Shown: positions 48,601 through 58,434 of the stretch, in pieces
Layout: each line of letters begins with the position of its first letter
How positions within the stretch are numbered: position 1 is the first letter of the stretch
NCBI GenBank assembly: GCA_965263175.1
Contig: OZ253587.1
Span: 234,579 to 298,578, forward strand
DNA length: 64,000 nt
DNA from: Chloroflexota bacterium
GTDB taxonomy: Bacteria > Chloroflexota > UBA11872
Direction: 5' to 3'
The notes under the pieces: generated by a model
What the model saw: the letters and a program-made list of their open reading frames with translations, nothing else
Told to the model about the DNA's origin: nothing
The model's database searches: none
Made by a program: the position numbers and the translations under genes

Positions 48601-49167
48601 TTGAGCAACGAAATCGATAAGAGAGTGTTCGTTGTTGATACCGATGTTCTCGTAACTGCTTCCGGAGCGCAAAGTCTCGACCCGCGATCAGTTGAATGTC
48701 TGGAGTTCCTTGATTCAATCCTCAAGATTTGTCATTCGGTCGCATTGAGTGAAGAGCTTGAACAGGAATGGGATGCTCATCCTTCCCGATCGTCTGACAG
48801 ATGGCGCGCCGAGATGGAAGACAGCAGGAAGATTTCGCGTCCCGAAGTCAGTGAAGAAGAACCACTCAGACGTGCGATCAAGGTGATGGCCGGGACTACC
48901 GGAGTCACGACTAGGCTGGAAAAGGATGCGCACCTGGTAGAGGCCTGTCGCCTGGCAGACATGCTAGTCGCCTCGAATGACAACCGGGCGCGCAGAGGCT
49001 TTGCTCGCTGTGCATCTGACGTTGACTGGCTCGGGGACGTCGTGTGGGTCAATCCCGCCACGGACTCGGACTTGGTGGACTGGTTGGAGCGCGGAGCACC
49101 TCACGAAGAATCTGGACTGGTTGGAGCGCGGAGCACCTCACGAAGAATCAAGGCGGCTGTCTACTGA
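48601..49167 (+). CDS. PIN-like domain protein
   Basis: VVDTDVL...EQEW...KDAHLVEA...VASND acidic pattern. Confidence 0.65.
   Translation: MSNEIDKRVFVVDTDVLVTASGAQSLDPRSVECLEFLDSILKICHSVALSEELEQEWDAHPSRSSDRWRAEMEDSRKISRPEVSEEEPLRRAIKVMAGTTGVTTRLEKDAHLVEACRLADMLVASNDNRARRGFARCASDVDWLGDVVWVNPATDSDLVDWLERGAPHEESGLVGARSTSRRIKAAVY
49076..49149 (+). repeat. perfect 37-bp tandem duplication
   Basis: TGGACTGGTTGGAGCGCGGAGCACCTCACGAAGAATC x2. Confidence 0.95.
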
Positions 49168-49260
49168 AAGCCTCTCTCAACCCTGACGAGCTAAGGCCAA
49201 GAAGGACGGACTCGACTTGCGTGCGACTGCTAGTTCTCTAGACGTATCCAGAATCCGCAG

Positions 49261-52164
49261 CTATATGACGAGTTCTGCGCCCGGCGGCCGCTGTTTCCCG
49301 CCATGAACCGAAGGCTCGGCGCACCACTTGGCCGACAGCCGTCGCACTGACTGATACACAGCCTCGTCAAACCCAAGCAGGTCGCAGAGCACGTAGCGGT
49401 CCAGCAGGGCACGAATGGGGTCGGCGTCAGCCAGGTAGGCGGGTCGCAGGTCCTTGTCGCGGAACTCCTCGAAGATCGTTTTGGCAGTACTGAGTTGCCC
49501 GTCATTCAACTCGCGGAAGTCCAGCACCGGCAATGATTCGGCGGAACGAATCGTCATGGTGGCCTTGCTGGATTGCTGGCGGGTGGCGTGCCACCAGCAG
49601 CCCAGGAGTCCCAGCGTGCAGTTGCCCCATACGGTAAAGGCGTAGTCCAGCCGCTCGTCGTTGAAGTTCACGTTCGGCCAGACTCGGCCGCCAATCGACT
49701 CCCGTTCGGTAAACGCGACCGCCAGCGCCTGCGACCCAAACGTAAAGTCGCGGTTCAGATGTACCCGGCCGGCGGTAGCCCAGACAGTCGCGGCTTTGGT
49801 TTCCATACCTGGCCGAACCAGCAACTGCGAGTCCGGCTCGCAGATCAGCCGGGTTTCCTTGCGGGCGTGGTGGTTCCACAGCGTGGGGTACGTAGCCGTC
49901 CGATTCGATGCGGCTTTGTCGAATGGTCCGCGGGGACGCGGGCCGGTAATGTCACGATCAACGAGTCCAAGCTGACCTACAACGCGCAACGGTGCCGCGT
50001 TCAGATGGAGCGGCGCGGGTTGCCCTGGCAGCCATAGCCGCGAATGCGACAGCGCATAGGCCGTCTGCGCGAGTGAATAGTCAGACAGCCGCACCCCGCC
50101 CCACGCCAAACCGTTGTCCGTTACCGGAGCGGTGAGCGCCCCTCCAGCCTGTTCGTCACCAATCGTCAGGTGCGTTCCACCGTACGGCCCGTCCTCGAGC
50201 CTCCGCACATCCGCGCCGTTGACGACGGCACCGGCCAACGCGGCGGCCTGGGCGAATCCCTGCGGGCGGCGTGCCAGCGACGTGAAGTGCACGCGAGTTG
50301 TCGGCGGCTCGCCATCCCGGCGTTTACGCGCAATCACCAGGCACTCCGCCATGCCGGTGTCCGACGAGAACGACATGTCACGGTTGTTGGCCGCAATGCT
50401 CAGAACCGACACGTTAGCGTAATCGCGTACCAGCATGTGCCGGAAGTTTTGCCACGACAGCCCAGCCGCTGCGGACAACGGCAGCACTAGCGCCAGCACG
50501 CCGCCAGGCTTCAGCTTGCCATCCCCCAGCGCCGCAAACGCCGACGCGATCCCCGCGTTGCCGTGATACGCGGTACCCCGCCCCCTGGTGTTGAGCCGCT
50601 TACCCATCGCGCTCATGTCGTCCTTGGAGGCATCGAAAGCGGCAAACGCAGGATTTGCCACGCTGGCGCGCGCACCCTCGTGATTGGTGGCGCGTGTAAA
50701 CGGCGGATTCATGATCACCAGATCAAAGCCTTGGTCAGGTACGTCTACGACGATCTGGGTAGCGGTCTCCTCGCCAACGCTTCCGGTTCGCTTGGCGGGG
50801 TCGCTGGTGTTGAACAGGGTCAGAGTCTGAGAGGCCCGTAATAGCTCCAGCGAGCCGATTGCCACGCTTCCGTCGTCCTGTCGACCGTAGGCCAGCGTGT
50901 AGAGACGCGAGTTCTCGAACTTGCCGCCGGGCTGCATGCCGGCCAGGGTGGACCCGGTGATGTGAATGGCCGAGGGCATCACGTCGCATCCGTAGAGCAC
51001 CTCTTCCATCATCGCGGAATGCAAGGCTGCGGCGTCGCCGCCGGCCCGCTCGTGGCGGGCCGCGACCTGCTCGTAGACGGCCGACAGCAGCGCCCCGGTG
51101 CCGCAGGCGAAGTCGCCGACCCGCAGCTTTCCGACGGCCTCGGCGTCGGACCAGTCAACGCCCTCCATCTTGGCCACCGCCAGCCGCGCCAGCAGCGCCG
51201 CCGAGGCGGGAAGCGTATAGAACGTGGCCAGGTACTTCCGGTCCGCGATCAGCCGCTGAAACACCCGCCCGGTCAGATCGTGTGCGTTGTTCACGCCGGT
51301 AGCGTTGACGCCCTCGGCTGTTGCTCGCAGCGTCCGCAGGATCCGAACTGCGTCCCAGGTCTGTAGCTTTCGAACGATGTCCCGCGCAATCGCAAAGATC
51401 GGCCAATAGTTGATGGCCAGAACCTCGTTCCAAGCCGTTAGAACTTCACGCTTCGGATTGAGTGTTTCCTCACCGCACACCTCGTCCAACGACTTGACGG
51501 TCTCGTGCACGCCGGTCAGCCGTTCCTGAAATATCAGAGCGTTCGCGACTATCGCGCCTGCCATGCGCCAGGTCTGCCGCACGTTGGTCATCCCGAGCAT
51601 TCCGGCGATCTCACGTGCGACAAACGGCCGTTGATCCGCCATCTCCTCGATGATCTTCTCGGCCCTGTCGATGCCCTGTTCCAGAACTTGCGCCGCTCGA
51701 TCCACCGCGTGCTGCGGCACCGACACCAGCCGAACCAGGTCCGCCAAATCCTCAACCGGCCCGTCCAGCCAACCCGACGTCGGAAAGCGACTCGGACCGT
51801 CACCGTCCTGCGTGAACACGCCGTAGGAAAGGCGTGCGTCCGCGATCTCGCATTCGAGGTCCGCTGCGTCGGCCACGGCCGACGGATAACGCAGGGCAAC
51901 GGCCCCTTCGATCACACGGCCGTCAGCGGTGGTTCGCAGACCCAGTCGTTCGCGGGCCTCGACTTCCACGTTGGCACCGGGCGCAAATTCGGCCTCGATC
52001 ACCACCGGCGCACGGCCAGTCGCGGTTATCAGAATGTCCGGCCGCAATCCGGGGCGACCGGCAATGGCCTGCGTGTTCTCCGTCCGCACCTGACACGTCG
52101 GCAGCATGCGTTGCAGCAGCCGTCCCAGCGCGTTGTTGGCGCTCGGCTCGGTCTGGCGAGGCAT
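49261..52164 (-). CDS. type IIG-like restriction-modification fusion (nuclease plus N6-adenine MTase)
   Basis: N-terminal RPDILI...IEAE, TFYT, DFACGTGALL and MNPPF (gamma-class motif order). Confidence 0.82.
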   Translation of the reverse strand: MPRQTEPSANNALGRLLQRMLPTCQVRTENTQAIAGRPGLRPDILITATGRAPVVIEAEFAPGANVEVEARERLGLRTTADGRVIEGAVALRYPSAVADAADLECEIADARLSYGVFTQDGDGPSRFPTSGWLDGPVEDLADLVRLVSVPQHAVDRAAQVLEQGIDRAEKIIEEMADQRPFVAREIAGMLGMTNVRQTWRMAGAIVANALIFQERLTGVHETVKSLDEVCGEETLNPKREVLTAWNEVLAINYWPIFAIARDIVRKLQTWDAVRILRTLRATAEGVNATGVNNAHDLTGRVFQRLIADRKYLATFYTLPASAALLARLAVAKMEGVDWSDAEAVGKLRVGDFACGTGALLSAVYEQVAARHERAGGDAAALHSAMMEEVLYGCDVMPSAIHITGSTLAGMQPGGKFENSRLYTLAYGRQDDGSVAIGSLELLRASQTLTLFNTSDPAKRTGSVGEETATQIVVDVPDQGFDLVIMNPPFTRATNHEGARASVANPAFAAFDASKDDMSAMGKRLNTRGRGTAYHGNAGIASAFAALGDGKLKPGGVLALVLPLSAAAGLSWQNFRHMLVRDYANVSVLSIAANNRDMSFSSDTGMAECLVIARKRRDGEPPTTRVHFTSLARRPQGFAQAAALAGAVVNGADVRRLEDGPYGGTHLTIGDEQAGGALTAPVTDNGLAWGGVRLSDYSLAQTAYALSHSRLWLPGQPAPLHLNAAPLRVVGQLGLVDRDITGPRPRGPFDKAASNRTATYPTLWNHHARKETRLICEPDSQLLVRPGMETKAATVWATAGRVHLNRDFTFGSQALAVAFTERESIGGRVWPNVNFNDERLDYAFTVWGNCTLGLLGCWWHATRQQSSKATMTIRSAESLPVLDFRELNDGQLSTAKTIFEEFRDKDLRPAYLADADPIRALLDRYVLCDLLGFDEAVYQSVRRLSAKWCAEPSVHGGKQRPPGAELVI

Positions 52165-52269
52165 CAAGCGGTCATGCCGTAGGCACGAGGATTAAGCAAC
52201 GTGTGCGGTTTTCGTTCGGTTTCCGCCGCATCATAGCCCACAGGCAGGATCTGTAGCCGCCCACATGGC

Positions 52270-52397
52270 CGTCGAACCCGCACCAGCCGCACCACCGGCC
52301 GCCCACGTTTCGTAGTCACAATCTCCCGCCCCGTCTGCGCCACCTCATCCACTACCCCCAAACACTTCGCCCTGAACTCTGTCGCCGTGAGCGTCCG
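52270..52397 (-). pseudogene. Phd/YefM antitoxin remnant
   Basis: TLTATEFRAKCLGVVDEVAQTGREIVTTKRGRPVVRLV, with no clear start and no toxin partner. Confidence 0.65.
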
Positions 52398-52416
52398 GGC
52401 CGACCTGGCGAACACC

Positions 52417-52451
52417 TTGACATCACGGGTCAATGATGCTTTGATGCCTGC
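52417..52451 (+). promoter_or_regulatory. probable leaderless promoter/operator of vapBC
   Basis: TTGACA-17 nt-TTTGAT ending 6 nt before the ATG, with CATCA/TGATG repeats. Confidence 0.5.
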
Positions 52452-52730
52452 ATGCGAACCACCCTCACCCTGGACGACGATCTCGCCGACGTCCTCAAGC
52501 AGCGGGCGAAGTTGCTCGACGTTCCATTCAAGCAAGTCGTCAACGAAACCCTGCGCCGCGGCCTGGCGCCAGAAGGCGCCGAGGATCGGCCAGTGTTTCG
52601 CGTCCGACCGTTCCGCAGCGGATTCCGGCCGGGGATCGACCCCATGAAGCTGAATCAGCTCAACGACCAGCTCGAGGTCGAGGACTTCCTCGAAGAGCAG
52701 CGGGAGTTCCTCGAAGAGCACCGGGAGTGA
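52452..52730 (+). CDS. vapB: RHH antitoxin
   Basis: MRTTLTLDDD...FKQVVNETLRRGL; GTGA overlap with the PIN toxin. Confidence 0.88.
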   Translation: MRTTLTLDDDLADVLKQRAKLLDVPFKQVVNETLRRGLAPEGAEDRPVFRVRPFRSGFRPGIDPMKLNQLNDQLEVEDFLEEQREFLEEHRE

Positions 52731-53152
52731 TCGTTCCGGACGTCAATCTGCTGCTTTACGCCCATGACGAAGCGGCGCCCTTGCATCCCTCGGCCCGACA
52801 CTGGTGGGAGAGCTTGGCCAACGGAACGGAACGCGTCGGCGTTCCCTGGGTCGTTGCCATGGGCTTTGTGCGCCTGGCCACGCACGCGTCCGTGCTCGCG
52901 CATCCGCGGTCTCCGGCAGAGGCCGTTGACTACGTGGACGAGTGGTTCCGCTTACCCCATGTCGCGCCCTTGAACCCCGGCCGGCAGCACCTGACCCTCG
53001 TGCGCCACGCCCTTGAGGCCGCCGGCGTGGGAGGCAACCTGGTCACCGACGCCCACATCGCCGCCCTGGCCATGGAATACCAGGCCGAAGTCCACTCCAA
53101 CGACAGCGACTTCAGCCGCTTCCCCGGGCTGCGCTGGCGCAACCCTCTCTAG
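52727..53152 (+). CDS. vapC: VapC PIN ribonuclease toxin
   Basis: PDVNLLLYA, GNLVTDAHIAALA and SNDSDFSRFPGL. Confidence 0.93.
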   Translation: MIVPDVNLLLYAHDEAAPLHPSARHWWESLANGTERVGVPWVVAMGFVRLATHASVLAHPRSPAEAVDYVDEWFRLPHVAPLNPGRQHLTLVRHALEAAGVGGNLVTDAHIAALAMEYQAEVHSNDSDFSRFPGLRWRNPL

Positions 53153-53336
53153 AGATCTTTGCGTAACCGGAGGGACGGTTGCCCGGAAGACCCTCACCCC
53201 CAACCCTCTCCCACAGGGAGAGGGGGCAAGAGCCGCCGCAACTTCGAGGACTCCGGGCATTGTGCAAGGGTCTCAGGAGAGGGAAAGATGACAGCTCGCT
53301 TCGTGGAGAAGGCCGCGATCAAAATGACCCACTGCC
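53152..53336. mobile_element. rearranged copy of the nested MITE
   Basis: 123-bp GAGATCTTTG...CAAGGGTCTC module followed by the reverse complement of the 33063-33126 arm (...TCAAAATGACCCACTGCC). Confidence 0.8.
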
Positions 53337-53403
53337 GGCGGTCATTCCGGGTTGTCGGCTGGCACCATGAGGGGTGTTGTCTGCCCGCGCGTCAGGCGCC
53401 GCT

Positions 53404-54555
53404 ATGAAGATCGCCGACATTCAGTTCTACTCCTTCAATCCGGGCAGGCGAAACTTGCAGGTGGTGCGGGTCGAATCCGACAACGGCTACTACGGGTGGG
53501 GCGAGGCCGGGCTGTGCACGCGCGATTTGGCGGTGGGCGGGGCGGTGTCTCACTTTCGCGACTTTCTGATCGGGCAGGATCCGCGCCGCATCGGGCGCAT
53601 CTGGCAGGAGACCTACCGCAGCCAGTACTTCGAGGGCGGGCGCGTGCTGACCACCGCGATGGCGGCCATCGACATCGCGCTGCACGACCTGGTGGCCAAG
53701 AGCCTCAATGTGCCCGTCTACCAGCTGCTGGGCGGCAAGCAGCGCGACTTCGTGCCTTGCTTCGTCACCACCCGCTCGCAAAATCTGGACGACCTGATCG
53801 AGGAAGTGAAGGGTTACGTCGCCGACGGCTGGGAGTGCATCCGAACCCTGGTCTGGGGCCTTTGGATGAACGGCCACCGAGTCTTCGAGCCGCGCGAGTC
53901 CGTGGCCATCACCGCCGAGTGGCACACGGCCCTGCGCGCGGCCGTGGGGCCGGGCCCCGTGATTGGGCCGGACTACCACCACCGGCTGAGCGTGGCTGAA
54001 GCGGCGTCCTACTGTCAGCGGATGCCGCCCGGCACCATCGACTTCCTGGAAGAGCCGATCCGCGACGAGACGCCCGCCGCGTACGCCAGCCTGCGCTCCA
54101 TGACCGACGTGCCCTTCGCCATCGGCGAGGAGTTCTCCAGCAAGTGGCAGTTCGCGCCGTATATCGAGCAGGGCCTCACCAACTTTGCCCGCGTCGACAT
54201 CTGCAATGTCGGCGGCTTCACCGAGGCCATGAAAGTGGCCGGCTGGTGCGAGACACACTACATCGACCTGATGCCGCACAACCCGCTGGGCCCGGTCTGC
54301 ACCGCCGCCAGCGTGCACCTGGGCGCCGCCGTACCCAACTGGGCCTGGCTGGAAGACCGATCGTCAGACCTGGGGCAGCTCTACGCCGACGAAATCTTCC
54401 CGATCCAACCAAAGCTGGACGGCGCCTGGTACCCCGTGCTCGATACCCCTGGCCTGGGCGTGGAGATCGACCTGGAGGTCGGCAAGGAGATCCCCGTCAG
54501 CCACTGGGAGAATCCCCACCCCATGCGCCCCGACGGGTCGGTGACAAACTATTGA
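53404..54555 (+). CDS. mandelate racemase/muconate lactonizing enolase-family enzyme, copy A
   Basis: YFEGG, AIDIALHDL, EEP, IGEE and MPHNPLGP. Confidence 0.93.
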   Translation: MKIADIQFYSFNPGRRNLQVVRVESDNGYYGWGEAGLCTRDLAVGGAVSHFRDFLIGQDPRRIGRIWQETYRSQYFEGGRVLTTAMAAIDIALHDLVAKSLNVPVYQLLGGKQRDFVPCFVTTRSQNLDDLIEEVKGYVADGWECIRTLVWGLWMNGHRVFEPRESVAITAEWHTALRAAVGPGPVIGPDYHHRLSVAEAASYCQRMPPGTIDFLEEPIRDETPAAYASLRSMTDVPFAIGEEFSSKWQFAPYIEQGLTNFARVDICNVGGFTEAMKVAGWCETHYIDLMPHNPLGPVCTAASVHLGAAVPNWAWLEDRSSDLGQLYADEIFPIQPKLDGAWYPVLDTPGLGVEIDLEVGKEIPVSHWENPHPMRPDGSVTNY

Positions 54556-54641
54556 GCGTTATCGTTGAGGACGGAATCGCGGAGCGGGTCGTCGTTACAG
54601 TGTACAAGACATCCCGTATCCACAAGTACCTCGGGGACTAA
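54556..54641 (+). pseudogene. 3' remnant of a DUF4258-like toxin
   Basis: VIVEDGIAERVVVTVYKTSRIHKYLGD*, upstream of a DUF2283 gene once the IS is removed. Confidence 0.6.
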
Positions 54642-54787
54642 CGGGTAGTGTCCTACTTTGACTTGGCCGCGGGTATTGCGGCGCTGGCGTCAGCGCGGAG
54701 CGGTGTGTCAACTGCAGTTGGTGGCTAACGCTTGGATGGCGCTGGTGCGCGTCGCCATAGTGGCCGGCCTTGTGGCTAGCTCTGAAC

Positions 54788-55063
54788 CTAGGTTCCCTTG
54801 TTGACCACTGTGATGACATTCGTGACGAAAATGGTCGCCGGTGTTAGCAGCGCCAGCGCGACACCACCACAAACCACGGCCACCTGAGCCTTGGTCGGGC
54901 GGTGCTTGACCTCGCGCTCCAGGCTAGAAATCCGTTCGACAAGGCCATTGACCGTGAGGGCGACCGCATGGAGCGAGTCTTTCGAGGCGGCCGTGTCGGC
55001 CACGCGTTGCAGTTCTCGAACTTGCCCCTGATGCGAACCCAGATCCCCGAGGGGGTCATGCAT
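54788..55063 (-). CDS. small coiled-coil/TM passenger protein
   Basis: Identical translation to 1290-1565. Confidence 0.65.
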   Translation of the reverse strand: MHDPLGDLGSHQGQVRELQRVADTAASKDSLHAVALTVNGLVERISSLEREVKHRPTKAQVAVVCGGVALALLTPATIFVTNVITVVNKGT

Positions 55064-55331
55064 CCTTCACGCCCATCCACTTCCAGAGCGTGTTGTAATA
55101 GAGACCCGAGTACGATCCGTTGAGGCTAAACACTACGCCAGGCACCGGCGGGTCAGCTTGGCCCAGACCGATCCCGGCCTTTTCTACAACGGTGCCCGCT
55201 TCATCGTTGGTCTGTACGAAATACACGTTGCCGGCAACTTGGTGAACGTCCTCAGCCGTGTATGCGCTCGTCAATGCCTCCCCGACCTTGGGGTTCTTGT
55301 CGGGGAGAATCACAGCAAACACTTCGGCCAT
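55056..55331 (-). CDS. small passenger protein, 91 aa
   Basis: Identical translation to 1022-1297. Confidence 0.7.
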   Translation of the reverse strand: MAEVFAVILPDKNPKVGEALTSAYTAEDVHQVAGNVYFVQTNDEAGTVVEKAGIGLGQADPPVPGVVFSLNGSYSGLYYNTLWKWMGVKDA

Positions 55332-55390
55332 ATGCGGTCCTTCCTGGCGACGAGGCGGGTGAGTATCACATTCAAGCCTATCAAGTCAAG

Positions 55391-56305
55391 CTACCGTTGA
55401 TCACGCCGGTCCTTGCGCCGCTTTGCCACGTCTTCGGCCGTCTCTTCACGGTCTTCGATCAGCTTGACGATATCGGCCATCGTCCACGGCTTGTCGGCTA
55501 GGCCAGCGGCCATCGCGGGCGTTGTCGGCTTGCCGTGCGCGGCCTTGGTGAGCGTCGTGTGCGGGCGCACGAAGTTGTAGTGGAAGACGTAGAGCGCCAC
55601 CGAGCAACTCAGGTTGTAGACCTTCTTGGAGAAGGCGTTGGTCAACCGCGTGAATCGGCGCATCGACATTCGCATCGTGAGATTCTGTCGCTCCACGTGC
55701 GACGTGCTGACGTGGGATTCGTCCGGGTCGCCCATGATCCGCGTCGGAACCGCGGCCACACACACGGGCGGGCTGTAGAAGCGCTCAGGGCCGTCAGGGG
55801 CGCTGTAGAGCTTCACCAGCTGCGCGTAGTCAATCTGGCCGCCGAACGCGGCTTCGGCCGCTTCACGGTAGAAGCTGGCGCCGTCGGACGTGAGTTGGAA
55901 CCGGCCGCGAATCCGGCGGCCAAGGTCAATCAGGAACCGGCGCGCACTGGCCGCGTCACGTCGGCCAATCAGCCACGTCGGTATCAACTTGGTTTCGGGA
56001 TCGATGCTCGTGAAGGTCCAGACGTCGCCGATGCCGAACTCGTCTTTGCGCTCGGCTGGCACGCGCCGCTGTTTCATCGCCACGAAGGCCCAGAGCTCGT
56101 CCACCTGGACCTGTTCGCAGCGCAAGTCGCGTACGAGGTTCCCGTGCGCTTCGGCGCATGCCTCGCCGGCCTCAACCACCAGCCGCATCACGGTGTCTTT
56201 GGAGCGGCTGGTGATGCGGCTCATCGACCGAATCGACATGCCTTCAACCTGCAAGGCGAGAATCTGGGCGCGGTCATCGCGGGAGAGGCGGCGCATTCGA
56301 AACAC
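55391..56305 (-). CDS. IS1-family DDE transposase
   Basis: Identical translation to 48-962. Confidence 0.93.
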   Translation of the reverse strand: MFRMRRLSRDDRAQILALQVEGMSIRSMSRITSRSKDTVMRLVVEAGEACAEAHGNLVRDLRCEQVQVDELWAFVAMKQRRVPAERKDEFGIGDVWTFTSIDPETKLIPTWLIGRRDAASARRFLIDLGRRIRGRFQLTSDGASFYREAAEAAFGGQIDYAQLVKLYSAPDGPERFYSPPVCVAAVPTRIMGDPDESHVSTSHVERQNLTMRMSMRRFTRLTNAFSKKVYNLSCSVALYVFHYNFVRPHTTLTKAAHGKPTTPAMAAGLADKPWTMADIVKLIEDREETAEDVAKRRKDRRDQR

Positions 56306-56348
56306 CCCTGCTAACTGATATCTAAGTATAGCAGTTAGCTTAGCGGTG

Positions 56349-57845
56349 TCAAGCGGCAATGGGCAGTTTCGGCACCCGTCCCTCGAAGTAATCGTCCACG
56401 GTGTAAATCTGAACGCGGGGTACATCCATGAACCGGCCCGTGCTCGCTGCGGCATCCCGCATACGCGGCGTCACACGGTCCTCAAAGCACGTGAAGATGC
56501 CAAGGTCGGCGTCGGCTTGTTGCCGTGCCCCGTTGAACGCCTGCACGTCTCCCGGTCCAGTGCCGCCGCCCTTGACTTGTGAAACCAGGTCGATAAATCG
56601 GCCCTTGCGAATCGCGAGCCGCCCCCAGCCGTCAATCCCGCCGTCACCACGCTGCCGCTCGTTGTATCCGACGCCGCGAACCAGCGACGCGGCCCAACGC
56701 TCGAACCGGAACGCGTCCAGGTTGGCGAGCACGCGAGCATCGTCGCGCGTCTTGGGAATACCAATGAACTCAATCTCCGACCACAGACTGTCGAAGTGAC
56801 TGCGCAGCCGATCCTCGATCACGCGGCATGCCTCAACGCAGATATCGACGCCGATCCATGACCGGCCGAGATTCTGGGCGGCGTGAATCGTCGTGCCACA
56901 ACCACAGAACGGGTCGAGGACGACATCCCCAGGATTGCTGGACGCCCTGAGAATACGCTCAAGGAGCGCGACTGGCTTCTGGGTTGGATACCCCAGCCGC
57001 TCCCGCGCCTGCGGCGCCAGGGAGGAAATGTCAGTCACGACATCGACGGGGGGCAGCCCCTTCTGTTCATGCAAATAGCGCTTGAGTCTCGGCTTCCCAT
57101 TGCGGCTCCAGGCGATTCGATCGTCACGAGCCAGTGCCTCCAACTTCTCCCGCTTCACCCGCCATCCCCAAATCGGCGTGTACCCGTTGAATTCGTAGGC
57201 CAGGTTCGGGCGCGGCCCCATCGATTTGCTGCGCTCTAGAACGTCCGACATCCACTGCCCACGCGAATCGTGATGGCGGTAGAACTTGTCAATGTATTCC
57301 TGCGAGTACGCCATGCGCACGTCGTTCCAAGTGAATCGGTCACTCTTCGAGTAGAACAGGATTACGTCGTGAACAGCCCCCCAACGCTTCGCATCATTAC
57401 GGCTGGCCGTGCGCTTCCAGATGACTTCATTACGAATCCCTCCCCTCCGAAAGATTGCGTCGAGAACGAGCTTGAGCGAGTGGCTGAAGGTGGGGTCGCA
57501 GTGGAGATACAGCGATCCCGTCGGTTTCAGTGTCCGGCAGCACTCGCGCAGCCGGTTTGCCATGTATGACAGATAGGCGAGGTTCGGCCCCTCGCCGTGG
57601 ATCAGCCGCATGGCCTCCATCGTGTGCGCCAGCGGCCCCGGCGAACTGGCTACATCGTGGAAGTCGTCTACGGCCTCGTGCCATTGCCACGTGTCCCTGA
57701 ACGCGTCTTGCTGTGACCCGCCAATGAACATGTTGTAGATGCGCTTCGAGTTGAAAGGCGGATCGGCATACACCAGGTGAACGGATTCGTCAGCGAGTTC
57801 CTCGCGCATCACGTCAAGGCAGTCGCCGAAGTACAATCTCCGCAC
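56349..57845 (-). CDS. beta-class N6/N4 DNA methyltransferase fused to an Mrr-like endonuclease
   Basis: DPPF precedes YPTQKP and LDPFCGCGT; C-terminal FERWA...DGGIDG...QVKGG (D-QxK). Confidence 0.9.
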   Translation of the reverse strand: MRRLYFGDCLDVMREELADESVHLVYADPPFNSKRIYNMFIGGSQQDAFRDTWQWHEAVDDFHDVASSPGPLAHTMEAMRLIHGEGPNLAYLSYMANRLRECCRTLKPTGSLYLHCDPTFSHSLKLVLDAIFRRGGIRNEVIWKRTASRNDAKRWGAVHDVILFYSKSDRFTWNDVRMAYSQEYIDKFYRHHDSRGQWMSDVLERSKSMGPRPNLAYEFNGYTPIWGWRVKREKLEALARDDRIAWSRNGKPRLKRYLHEQKGLPPVDVVTDISSLAPQARERLGYPTQKPVALLERILRASSNPGDVVLDPFCGCGTTIHAAQNLGRSWIGVDICVEACRVIEDRLRSHFDSLWSEIEFIGIPKTRDDARVLANLDAFRFERWAASLVRGVGYNERQRGDGGIDGWGRLAIRKGRFIDLVSQVKGGGTGPGDVQAFNGARQQADADLGIFTCFEDRVTPRMRDAAASTGRFMDVPRVQIYTVDDYFEGRVPKLPIAA

Positions 57846-57852
57846 GGCGGGC

Positions 57853-58074
57853 CTAGCCTGTAGCGGCGTCCGCCCATCGCGCCTTGCCGCCCTTGGCAGC
57901 GATGGCGGCGCGTTCGGCGGCGTTCAGCGACTTGGCGCGGGCCTCGCCCCCCTGACGGCCAGCGACGGCCTGGGGGGATTCGTCGGGTTCCTCAATGGGA
58001 ACCGCACCACTCATGCGCTGGAACAGCCCGTGGGCCAGTTCGTTAAAGTCGGGCGGTCCTGGATGCTTCGTCAT
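57853..58074 (-). CDS. small basic protein (GGxARAxxL...KGGKARW motif)
   Basis: GAGGGAAGG RBS; first gene inside the TIR. Confidence 0.75.
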   Translation of the reverse strand: MTKHPGPPDFNELAHGLFQRMSGAVPIEEPDESPQAVAGRQGGEARAKSLNAAERAAIAAKGGKARWADAATG

Positions 58075-58162
58075 CGACCTTCCCTCATGCGCGAGTTGCC
58101 AAACTGTGGCCCGCGCCTTGCAAACCTGTCAAGTCAAAGTAGGACACTACCGACTAACGGAC

Positions 58163-58360
58163 GTGAAGGTGACCTACGACACCCAGACGGACACGGTGGT
58201 GATCAGCCTGCGCGAGTCGGACATCGAGGAGAGCGACGAGGTCCGACCGGGCGTGATCGCCGACTTTGATTCGGCCGGTGACGTCGTGCGGTTTGAGGTG
58301 CTTAGTGCGTCACGCGTCGTGCAAAACACGCGCGAGATGCACTTTGCCGTCGTCGAATAG
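58163..58360 (+). CDS. DUF2283 domain protein
   Basis: KVTYDTQTD...EESDEVRPGVIADFD..G.VVRFEVLSAS. Confidence 0.85.
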   Translation: MKVTYDTQTDTVVISLRESDIEESDEVRPGVIADFDSAGDVVRFEVLSASRVVQNTREMHFAVVE

Positions 58361-58434
58361 CAACTAACAGCGCCCAGTCGCTCCATCGGCTGGCACCATG
58401 AGGTTTGTTGTCCGCCGCCGTGTCAGGCGCTGCC

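Larger units (their letters stand above)
54644..58151 (-). mobile_element. complete IS1-family (ISMhu11-like) element with passenger genes, 3508 bp
   Basis: 22-bp perfect TIR GGTAGTGTCCTACTTTGACTTG and 8-bp TSD GACTAACG (54636-54643 and 58152-58159). Confidence 0.96.

Noticed and set aside
56306-56455. 50-aa N-terminal extension of the second transposase (354-aa ORF)
   Set aside because: It overlaps the MTase 3' end and lies across or upstream of the promoter; the shorter start is better supported.
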